Assembly: GCA_964415505.1 (NCBI GenBank)
Contig: CAYQAR010000001.1
Coordinates: forward strand, 17,908 to 81,907
DNA length: 64,000 nucleotides
Direction of reading: 5' to 3'
Source of the DNA: an uncultured Chromatiaceae bacterium
GTDB lineage: Bacteria; Pseudomonadota; Gammaproteobacteria; Steroidobacterales; GCA-2729495
In this document: positions 18,505 through 26,129 of the stretch, one piece after another
Layout: each line of letters starts with the position of its first letter
Numbering within the stretch: the stretch's first letter is position 1
The notes under the pieces: generated by a model
The model's input: only the letters and a program-made list of their open reading frames with translations
What the model was told of the DNA's origin: nothing
Database searches by the model: none
Translations under genes and position numbers: made by a program

Positions 18505-18595
18505 TAGGGCCTGTTGACATTCATTGATAGTATTTGCCTCCACCTTCTTCAATAAGTTGGAGGCAAATACTATCAATGAATGTCAACAGGCCCTA
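18505..18595. mobile_element. MITE-like element: 38-bp perfect inverted repeat with 15-nt spacer
   Basis: TAGGGCCTGTTGACATTCATTGATAGTATTTGCCTCCA (18505-18542) and its exact reverse complement (18558-18595); AT-rich; TA at both ends. Confidence 0.7.
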
Positions 18596-18665
18596 ATTTG
18601 ATCACCGTGTTGGGAAACCATTGGATGGGAATGACTCTCTGGTCAGAAGCGCCAACCGCGCGACG

Positions 18666-19112
18666 ATGACCGATACCGAATTCATGACCCAGGCGCTGGC
18701 GCTGGCGCGCCGGGCTCAGGACGCCGGCGAGGTGCCGGTCGGCTGCGTCATCGTGCACGAGGGCAGGGTGGTCGCCACCGGCAGCAACCAGCCGATCGCG
18801 AGCGGCGACCCGACGGCGCATGCCGAGATCGTGGCGCTGCGGGCAGCGGCGCGCGCACTCGGCAACTACCGCCTGCCGGATTGCACACTGTACGTGACGC
18901 TCGAGCCCTGCCCGATGTGCGCCGGGGCGATGGTGCACGCGCGCATCGCGCGGCTCGTCTATGGCGCGGCCGATCCGCGTGCGGGTGCGGCCGGCACGGT
19001 GTTCGACCTCGCGCGCAGCGAGGCGCTGAACCATCGCATCGCGGTCGAGGGCGGCCTCCTCGCGGAGGAGAGTCGCGCGTTGCTGCAGGCGTTCTTCCGC
19101 AGCCGGCGCTGA
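18666..19112 (+). CDS. tadA: tRNA adenosine(34) deaminase
   Basis: GEVPVG, DPTAHAE, TLEPCPMCAGA and FFRSRR motifs. Confidence 0.95.
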   Translation: MTDTEFMTQALALARRAQDAGEVPVGCVIVHEGRVVATGSNQPIASGDPTAHAEIVALRAAARALGNYRLPDCTLYVTLEPCPMCAGAMVHARIARLVYGAADPRAGAAGTVFDLARSEALNHRIAVEGGLLAEESRALLQAFFRSRR

Positions 19113-19118
19113 GCAGCG

Positions 19119-20585
19119 TCAGCCGCGCCGGTTCGCGGCCGGGCGTGCGGCGACCTTCGTGCGACCAAGGTTGGCCTGTATCGCCGGCGGCGCGCTGCGC
19201 TGCTGCAGCCAGGGCGTGCCGTCATCCCCGCTCTCGTCGCGCGTCGCCCAGGCGAGCGCGTTGTAGTAGGTGCGCACGTTGTTGACGAAGTGCAGCGTCT
19301 CGCCGCCGCGGGCGTAGCCGTGGCGGGTCTTAGTGGCGATGGCCGGGTCGGCAAGCAGGCGGATGTGCGGGCGCACGTCGGTCCAGCGGTTCCAGTCGCC
19401 ACCGCGCTCACGCGTCAGGCGTCGCGCGTCGAGCAGGTGGCCGTAGCCGATGTTGTAGGTGGCGAGCGCGAACCACGTGCGGTCCGGCTCCTGGATGGTG
19501 TCGGGCAGCTTGTCGAGGATGTGGGCGAAGTAGCGCGCAGCGCCGCGGATGCTCTGCGCCGCATCGGTGCGGTCCTCGATGCCGAAGGTCGTCGCGGTTT
19601 CCTCGGTGAGCATCATCAGCCCACGCACGCCGGTCGGGGAGACGGCCTCGGGATCCCATTTCGATTCCTGGTAGCCGATCGCGGCCAGCAGACGCCAGTC
19701 GAGGTCGTGCTCGGTGGCCGCCGCCCGGAAGAGCGCGCGATACGAGGGCAGGCGCGCGCGCACATCCTTCATGTACTGGCGGGTGCCGACGTAGTCGATG
19801 CGCGGGACCGTGCCGTAGTAGTGGTCGAGGATGCGGTCGAGTTCACCGCTGGCGCGGATGGTCTCGAAGTAGCGGGCCGCAGCCTCGCGCAGGCTCGAAT
19901 CGGCACGCTTCGGGAAAGCCCAGGCTACCGACTCGCCTTCGGCGAGGTTGAACGCCACGCGGATTTCCGGGATGTAGGTGCGGTACACCGCGAAGGCATT
20001 CGATTTGACCACGGTGTAGTCGAGGCTGCCCTGGGCCACGCGGGTCAGCAGATCCTGCTGGTCGGCGACCGGGTTCTCCGTCCAGACCAGCTCCGGGTGT
20101 CGGGCCTGGGCGCGAGCCAGCGTCTTGACATAAGACGTCCCCGAGCCCACCTCCAGGCGCTTGCCGCGCAGCTGGGTGACATCCCGTGGCCGGCGCCGGC
20201 CCTCGCGGTAGATGAGGTGTTCGGTGACCTGCTGGAAGGCCGGGCCGAAATCGACCTGGCGTGCGGTGTCCGGATTGACGGTCAGACCCGCTGCTGCCAG
20301 ATGCGCTACCCCATCCACCACGGTCGGTAGCACATCGGTCGGACGGTCGACGACCATCAGGCGCAGCCGCACCCCGAGGAAGTCGGCAAAGCCGCGGATC
20401 AGGTCGTATTCCGGACCGGCCGGTCCCTCGCCGGAGGTGAAATAGGTGTGCGGCCCGTTGCGGGTGACAACGCGCAGTTCCCCGGTCGCCTGGACCTCCT
20501 CGAGGAGGGACGGCGGCCGGGCGCAGGTACCCAGCACTGCCGTCGTGCAGAGCAGGATTCCAGCCTTGACGCGTCGTGAAAGCAC
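19119..20585 (-). CDS. mltF: Membrane-bound lytic murein transglycosylase F
   Basis: Substrate-binding-protein-like N-domain plus YQESKWDP, GVRGLMML, YNIGYGH and GYARG; start uncertain. Confidence 0.92.
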   Translation of the reverse strand: MLSRRVKAGILLCTTAVLGTCARPPSLLEEVQATGELRVVTRNGPHTYFTSGEGPAGPEYDLIRGFADFLGVRLRLMVVDRPTDVLPTVVDGVAHLAAAGLTVNPDTARQVDFGPAFQQVTEHLIYREGRRRPRDVTQLRGKRLEVGSGTSYVKTLARAQARHPELVWTENPVADQQDLLTRVAQGSLDYTVVKSNAFAVYRTYIPEIRVAFNLAEGESVAWAFPKRADSSLREAAARYFETIRASGELDRILDHYYGTVPRIDYVGTRQYMKDVRARLPSYRALFRAAATEHDLDWRLLAAIGYQESKWDPEAVSPTGVRGLMMLTEETATTFGIEDRTDAAQSIRGAARYFAHILDKLPDTIQEPDRTWFALATYNIGYGHLLDARRLTRERGGDWNRWTDVRPHIRLLADPAIATKTRHGYARGGETLHFVNNVRTYYNALAWATRDESGDDGTPWLQQRSAPPAIQANLGRTKVAARPAANRRG

Positions 20586-20789
20586 GCGGTTCTTCCTCCG
20601 CTCCCGGCCATCTGTCGCAGCCGGTTCGCCATTTGCGGTGCAAACGTTACCATGGAGGCCCCGGGCGGTACCATTGGGCCGGGTCACCCTTATCGGGATG
20701 ACCATTATGTTTATAGAACGTTAAAACAATGAGTTACAGTATCTTCTTAAATCTGTTAGCTATTAGTTGGCCCGGGGCAGGCGAGCGCC

Positions 20790-21107
20790 GTGGGTGATTC
20801 GGCGATGCCGGACTGGCAAGGCATGGCCGACGCCGAGGGCCTCGACCAGGGCGAACTGCGCCTGGTCTTCGGCCGATACCAGGCTTACCGCCGCTATCAC
20901 CACGACCGGCCGGGCAGCGATCCGCTGCCGCTGGAAACCTGGTTCGGCTACTACCACCTCGAGGCCGCCAGCGAGGCTGGCCAGAATGCCCCGGCCGCGT
21001 CCGGCTGCTCGGTCGACCCCACCGCCCGCAACCGCGGCGCCGTCGCCCGACCCGCCGCCTTCCTGCGCGTCCTTGCCGCCCTCGCTGCCGTCGAATCCGT
21101 CGCCTGA
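20790..21107 (+). CDS. Hypothetical protein
   Basis: Coding-like codon usage; fills the gap between mltF and the tRNA; start uncertain. Confidence 0.55.
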   Translation: MGDSAMPDWQGMADAEGLDQGELRLVFGRYQAYRRYHHDRPGSDPLPLETWFGYYHLEAASEAGQNAPAASGCSVDPTARNRGAVARPAAFLRVLAALAAVESVA

Positions 21108-21198
21108 TCCGCGGCACCGGGCGCCAGTGGCGTCACGGTCTGCAACAGCGCGAGCGATGATTGTCCGTGGATCGTCTGGCGACCTCACGCGAACCGCC

Positions 21199-21204
21199 TA
21201 TAAT
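21199..21204 (+). promoter_or_regulatory. -10 element (TATAAT) of the tRNA promoter with GC-rich discriminator
   Basis: Perfect TATAAT ~24 bp upstream of the tRNA, followed by TCGCCCCGCC. Confidence 0.6.
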
Positions 21205-21227
21205 TCGCCCCGCCTGCCAGCGCCCGC

Positions 21228-21315
21228 GGAGGGATGCCGGAGCGGCTGAACGGCCCTGACTCGAAATCAGTGGGACGGAAACGTCACGGGGGTTCGAATC
21301 CCTCTCCCTCCGCCA
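21228..21315 (+). tRNA. tRNA-Ser (anticodon CGA)
   Basis: GGAGGGA/TCCCTCC acceptor stem, G73-CCA, CTCGAAA anticodon loop, long variable arm, GGTTCGAATCC T arm. Confidence 0.95.
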
Positions 21316-21347
21316 AATTGACAGCGTCGGCCTTGCCAGCCGCCGCG

Positions 21348-22016
21348 TCAGCGTTCCCCGGCCACCCCGACCCGCGGCCAGCGGTACGGTACCCCGTCCG
21401 CCTTGCCGAACAGCAGGGTGCCGTCGAGGGTGAAACCGCGCTCGAGCTGGCCAACGTCGACGGCCGTGATGTGCGTGACGGATTCCAGCCGGCGCTGATC
21501 GCCGCGCTTGCCGGTGATCAGGCAGTGCGCGGGGTCGACGCGGCCGGTGAAGCCGTCGGCCACCCGCTGCCAGCGCATCTCGCAGCCCGGGGGGAGCGGT
21601 GGGGTCGTGACGACGTCGCCGCGCTGCAGGCCGTTGGGGTCGGTGGCCAGGCGCGCGGCGCGTTCCCGGTCGGCGACGCCGAGCAGGCTCATGACATTGG
21701 CACCGCGGCCGGGGCTCTCGTCGAACAGGTAGATCGTCTGGCGGTAGAACTCGCCAGCGGGTCCGTCGTGGCGCATCTCGGCGTAGAGCGCGTGCCGGCG
21801 TCCGGCGGGTGGGGTCACGGCGCGGATGCGGAGATAGATCGGCCGTCCTTCGCGCGCACCGCCGTCGGCGCTCGAGAAGTAGTCCCCGACCAGGAGCGTC
21901 GTCAGTTCGTCGAGTTCAGCATCGAGCGGAGCCGATGGGGTGGGTGCCAGCGTGCAGCCGGCGAGCAGGGCACCGACCATGCTGAACAGACCGCTGAATC
22001 GTCCCGCTGCATGCAT
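21348..22016 (-). CDS. CpcT/CpeT-like (bilin lyase fold) lipoprotein
   Basis: Lipobox LAGC; LYAE..YRQ, PGCEMRW, C..., ERGF..DG.LLFG and PY motifs. Confidence 0.65.
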   Translation of the reverse strand: MHAAGRFSGLFSMVGALLAGCTLAPTPSAPLDAELDELTTLLVGDYFSSADGGAREGRPIYLRIRAVTPPAGRRHALYAEMRHDGPAGEFYRQTIYLFDESPGRGANVMSLLGVADRERAARLATDPNGLQRGDVVTTPPLPPGCEMRWQRVADGFTGRVDPAHCLITGKRGDQRRLESVTHITAVDVGQLERGFTLDGTLLFGKADGVPYRWPRVGVAGER

Positions 22017-22131
22017 CGCGACATCATAAAGGCATCGCGCCCTATGCCGCGATGACCGCATCGACACAGATCCCGCCCCCCAATGCCTCGTGCTCTCCCG
22101 TCGCGGGCCCTCGCTGCCCGCGCCCTGCCGA

Positions 22132-23007
22132 TCAGGCGGCGGCAGCCTGCGTCTGGCCGTCGCGCGGCGCTCGGCCCGGCGGGTTCGCGAGGTAGGCGAT
22201 GCCGGCCGCATAGACCACTGAAACGACCAGCGTCGTCAGCGGATAGTCCACCGGCTTCAGCCAGACCTCGTCGTAGAAGCCCATGTAGGAGGGCATCTCC
22301 ATCAGGCCCCAGCCGACGATGCCCACCGGGATGCCGTAGCGGAACGCGGGCCCGACGCGCGGATATTTCAGGAGCTTCCAGAAGAGGTAGGCGAACCAGC
22401 TGGCCCAGCCGACGTAGGCGACCATCATCAGGTTCTGGTTCGCCCCGATGAAGGAGACGTAGAGCCAGAAGAGATAGCAGGCCCAGATGACGAAGAGCGT
22501 CTCCAATGCGACGATGCGCCCGATGCTGCGGCCGTTGTCCGACGTCGGCATGCCCGGCGTCATGTGCAAGTTGCGGTGGAACCAGCGGACCAGGTTGCAC
22601 CGGGTCTGGCGGTTGTAGAAACCGTAGAGCAGGAACACGGTTGCGAAGATCGGCAGCGTCGATATCAGGAAGGTGACGCTGCCGGACGCCTCGAGTCCGG
22701 GCGCGGCGGTGTACGCCGGGTACGAGAAGAACACCGCGTAGAACTCGAACATCAACTCGAACCAGCCGACCCAGACGAACTGCGCGCCGAGGAAAGCCAT
22801 CCAGGTGGCTGCGATCTCGCCGAGCTTCAGGCTGCGGGCGATCATCACGGTGCCACCGAGGCCGAGTAGCAGCGACGGCCACTCGTGCCCGCCGTCGAAC
22901 CACGCCCGAAGCAGCGCCCACGTGGAGTGGCCGAGCCACTGGCTGAGGAACGCCACGCCGAAGACGACGAGGCCTAGGACGGGTTGCCTGTAGAGCAGGT
23001 TTGGCAT
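22132..23007 (-). CDS. Uncharacterised multi-pass membrane protein
   Basis: About 8 hydrophobic segments; strong coding bias. Confidence 0.75.
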   Translation of the reverse strand: MPNLLYRQPVLGLVVFGVAFLSQWLGHSTWALLRAWFDGGHEWPSLLLGLGGTVMIARSLKLGEIAATWMAFLGAQFVWVGWFELMFEFYAVFFSYPAYTAAPGLEASGSVTFLISTLPIFATVFLLYGFYNRQTRCNLVRWFHRNLHMTPGMPTSDNGRSIGRIVALETLFVIWACYLFWLYVSFIGANQNLMMVAYVGWASWFAYLFWKLLKYPRVGPAFRYGIPVGIVGWGLMEMPSYMGFYDEVWLKPVDYPLTTLVVSVVYAAGIAYLANPPGRAPRDGQTQAAAA

Positions 23008-23172
23008 GGTGGATTGCGGCTTCCGACCCCGTCCGAGGGACGGGTGCGCGCGGATGGTCGTGCGGCGCGCCCGGTCATGTCAACAGGAAACTGACGCTCC
23101 GCGTGGCACGCACACAGGGTGCCGCGGTGAAGGCTGTCGCGCTGGCCGCCGCGGTCAATCTGGGCACGCCGC

Positions 23173-24246
23173 TCAGCGCAACGGCATGCGCGTGCCGTCG
23201 TCGGTGACGACTTCGCGCTCGGGCCAGCGCACGGCGCCGAGGCGGGTGTGATCGGTCGCACCGTTCCCGGCCGCGCGTTCGCGGTAGCGGGCGCCGATGC
23301 CGAAGTCGAGGCAATACACGTTGCGTCCGGCGCCGTGCCACTCGTTCCAGGCGCTGCCGTCGAAGAGATCGTGTTCGCCGCGCGAGAACCGGGCGCGCGC
23401 CGCCAGTGTGGTCCAGCGCCAGTAGTGGCCGATCAGCACGGGGGTGTCGTGGCGGTAGCGCGCCCACCAGCGGACGCGGTCGAGCATGCGCCACTTGCCG
23501 GCGGCGAAGAAGGTGCGGTCCGCCAGCGCTTCCGGGCCGGAGGTGAGGATGCGCAGCGGATTGGCCATCTGGTGAAGGGCATCGAGGCGGCCGACGTCGG
23601 CGAGGAGCGGCACCGTGGCCTGCGGATCGCTCAGCCGCGCGCCATGCTCGCGCCACTCGGCGGCGGCCCGTTCGGCGAGGCCGCTGCGGCGGGCCACCTC
23701 ATTGGCACGGCCGGCGTAGGCCTGGTAGATATCGGCCGTGCTGCCGCGGCACTCGCGCAGCAGGTCGAGCGCCGCATCGTCCCAGGCGGCGTGCACCAGG
23801 CGCAGGTCGGGCCGTTCGAGGACCGCCGGCAGCGTGGCGACGAAGGCGGCGATGTCGGTGCGTGTGGCGGCTGTGGCGCGCCGGGCGGTGAGGAACTTCC
23901 CGCTGTCGCGGTCGTGATCGGTTGCGAAGAACCAGCCGTTGCCTTCCTTGACGGCGCCGCGCAGCAGGTTCAGCTCGTGGTTGCCGAGCAGGCACTGTGC
24001 CCGGCCGCGCGCGACGAGCCCCGCTACGAGACCGAACACGCCCGGGCTATCTTCGCCGCGGTCGCAGAGATCGCCGATGAACGCGAGCCGCCGACCGGCG
24101 GGGTGGCTGCCGGCGCTGTCATAGCCGAGCAGGGCGAGCAGCTGGCGCAGCGCGCCGATCTCGCCGTGCACGTCGCCGACGATGTCGATGGGACCGTCGT
24201 GGAGCGGCTGGAAGAGGTGGTTTGCCGGGACGGGGCGCAGCGTCAT
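23173..24246 (-). CDS. Calcineurin-like metallophosphoesterase (PPP/ApaH-like)
   Basis: GDVHG, GDLCDRG, LGNHE, VHA and GHYW motifs. Confidence 0.9.
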   Translation of the reverse strand: MTLRPVPANHLFQPLHDGPIDIVGDVHGEIGALRQLLALLGYDSAGSHPAGRRLAFIGDLCDRGEDSPGVFGLVAGLVARGRAQCLLGNHELNLLRGAVKEGNGWFFATDHDRDSGKFLTARRATAATRTDIAAFVATLPAVLERPDLRLVHAAWDDAALDLLRECRGSTADIYQAYAGRANEVARRSGLAERAAAEWREHGARLSDPQATVPLLADVGRLDALHQMANPLRILTSGPEALADRTFFAAGKWRMLDRVRWWARYRHDTPVLIGHYWRWTTLAARARFSRGEHDLFDGSAWNEWHGAGRNVYCLDFGIGARYRERAAGNGATDHTRLGAVRWPEREVVTDDGTRMPLR

Positions 24247-25274
24247 TGCAGCGCCGGGATCACGTGCTCGCCGATCAGGCGGATCGCCGCGGCCGGGTCG
24301 TCGTGCACGCGCAGGGTAATTTCGGTGAGCCCGGCGGCGGAAAATTCGCGCAGCGTGGCGATCGCCGGCTCGAGCTGGTCGAGCCCGCCGGCGAAGGAGA
24401 TGTTGCGGATCATCTTCTCGACCAGCGCGGCGGGCACGTGCTCGATCACATCGCTCCGGCGCAGGAACGCATTCAGGAAGTCGCGCTCGTGCCTGCGCAT
24501 GAGCGCGAGTTCGTCGGGGTCGAGGAAGGGGGCGAAATACTGCTCGCCCAGCCAGCCGCGCAGCATCAGCTCGCGGCGCGCCTCGGCCATTGAGGCCTGC
24601 GCGTCTTCCCTGATGTGCCAGGCCCAGAAGTTGCCGATCCGGAACTGCGCCGGATCGCGCCCGGCGGTGCGCAGGTCAGCGTGCGCGGCGGCGATGAACT
24701 CGCGCATCAGCGGTACGACGAAGTCGCTGGTGATGAGACCGTCGGCGAGTTCGCACGCGAGTCGGCGGCTCTGCGGGTGGTTGGCGCCGTAGTAGACGAG
24801 CGGTGGCGTGACGGTGTGCCACCGCGGCCGATAGCCCCACACCTTGTAGAACTCCCCGTCGAAATTCATGGTGCGCTCGGGCGTGGCGCCCTTGAGGATC
24901 CGCAGGCACTCGCGCACCCGGCCGATCATGCGGTCGCGCCGGCCGCCGATCGCCTGCTGCACCGCGCCGCCGCCGCCGACCATGATCATGGCGCGTCCGC
25001 CGGCGAGTTCGTTGAGCGAGAACAGCAGGTTCGCCATCTTCAGCGGGTGCAGTTCCGCGGGACTCACCGCCATCGGTCCGAGGCGGATGCGGCGCGACTG
25101 GTGGGCGAGCAGCGACAGCGTGAAGAAGGCGTCGCGCGACCAGGCGTAGTTGCTCGCCCAGACTCCGCGTACCCCGTAGCGTTCGGCCAGCAGGCCGAGT
25201 TCGACGGCCTCCTGCGGGGACGCGAACTCGTTGAGGATGATGTCGACCTCCATGGGCCGGTATTCTGCCATCAC
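24243..25274 (-). CDS. LLM-class flavin-dependent oxidoreductase (Mer-like)
   Basis: AERYG..VW, SRRIRLG, HP...ELAGGR and LADG motifs; start may be 25253. Confidence 0.85.
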   Translation of the reverse strand: MMAEYRPMEVDIILNEFASPQEAVELGLLAERYGVRGVWASNYAWSRDAFFTLSLLAHQSRRIRLGPMAVSPAELHPLKMANLLFSLNELAGGRAMIMVGGGGAVQQAIGGRRDRMIGRVRECLRILKGATPERTMNFDGEFYKVWGYRPRWHTVTPPLVYYGANHPQSRRLACELADGLITSDFVVPLMREFIAAAHADLRTAGRDPAQFRIGNFWAWHIREDAQASMAEARRELMLRGWLGEQYFAPFLDPDELALMRRHERDFLNAFLRRSDVIEHVPAALVEKMIRNISFAGGLDQLEPAIATLREFSAAGLTEITLRVHDDPAAAIRLIGEHVIPALQ

Positions 25275-25306
25275 CGCTGCACCGGCGTTCCGCTAAGCTG
25301 ACGGAT

Positions 25307-25855
25307 ATGACTGTGCGTCGCGTTCTCCGCCTGGGTCACCCGCTGCTGCGGGAGGTGGCCCGTCCGCTCGCCCCCGCGGAGATCGGCAGCGACGCCATGT
25401 GCCGCCTGGTCGCAGACATGGTCGACACCCTGCACGACTACGGCGGCATCGGGCTCGCGGCACCGCAGGTCGGCGAGTCGCTGCGCCTCGCCATCATCGA
25501 GATGGCCGGCGGCCCGAGCCGCTACGGCGAACTCGCGCCCATGCCGCTCACGGTATTCGTCAATCCGGTGATCGAGGTGCTCGATCCGGCCACTGCCGGT
25601 TGCTGGGAAGGGTGTCTTTCGGTGCCCGGCCTGCGCGGCTTCGTCGAGCGGCCGCAGCATGTGCGCGTCCGCTACCTGTCCGATCGGGGCGAGCCGCGCT
25701 CACTGGAGCTGCAGGGATTTCCCGCCACGGTCTTCCAGCATGAGTTCGACCACCTCGACGGCCGGCTCTATGTCGACCGTCTTGCCGATCCGCGGCTGCT
25801 GGTGTTCGAGGAGGAATACGAGCGCTACCATAGCAACGCTCCCGTGGCGGGATGA
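25307..25855 (+). CDS. def: Peptide deformylase
   Basis: GIGLAAPQ, EGCLSV and QHEFDHL motifs. Confidence 0.95.
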   Translation: MTVRRVLRLGHPLLREVARPLAPAEIGSDAMCRLVADMVDTLHDYGGIGLAAPQVGESLRLAIIEMAGGPSRYGELAPMPLTVFVNPVIEVLDPATAGCWEGCLSVPGLRGFVERPQHVRVRYLSDRGEPRSLELQGFPATVFQHEFDHLDGRLYVDRLADPRLLVFEEEYERYHSNAPVAG

Positions 25856-25859
25856 CAGG

Positions 25860-25929
25860 GGTCGCGGCTTGCGCCGCTCCCACCGGGCTCGGGGGGTGTT
25901 CTGCTGTGGGAGGGGCGCAAGCCCCGACC
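25860..25929. repeat. Inverted pair of REP-like units (REPIN-like)
   Basis: Left unit read on - strand GTGGGAGCGGCGCAAGCCGCGACC; right unit GTGGGAGGGGCGCAAGCCCCGACC; between convergent genes. Confidence 0.7.
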
Positions 25930-25956
25930 AGAAGAGTCGCGGGGCCGTCCCGAAGG

Positions 25957-26124
25957 TCAGCGGCGGCGGACGCGCAGGGGATGTTCGCCGGGCTGCTTCG
26001 CGCTGCCGGCTTCGCAGCCGCTGCAGCCGTCGCCACCAGACCGGCGGCGGCTGCGGCGGCGCCACAGGACGAGGCCGACCACCAGCACGACCACTGCGAG
26101 CGCGAGGACTTCCTGCAGGGCCAT
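25957..26124 (-). CDS. FeoB-associated small Cys-rich membrane protein
   Basis: Single TM, Arg cluster and GCSGC motif, immediately downstream of feoB. Confidence 0.7.
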   Translation of the reverse strand: MALQEVLALAVVVLVVGLVLWRRRSRRRSGGDGCSGCEAGSAKQPGEHPLRVRRR

Positions 26125-26129
26125 GGCCG

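Noticed and set aside
20695..20720. dif-like TTATGTT half-site
   Set aside because: No XerC arm at the proper spacing
21316..21400. Island integrated at tRNA-Ser
   Set aside because: No integrase and no duplicated tRNA 3' end seen in the window
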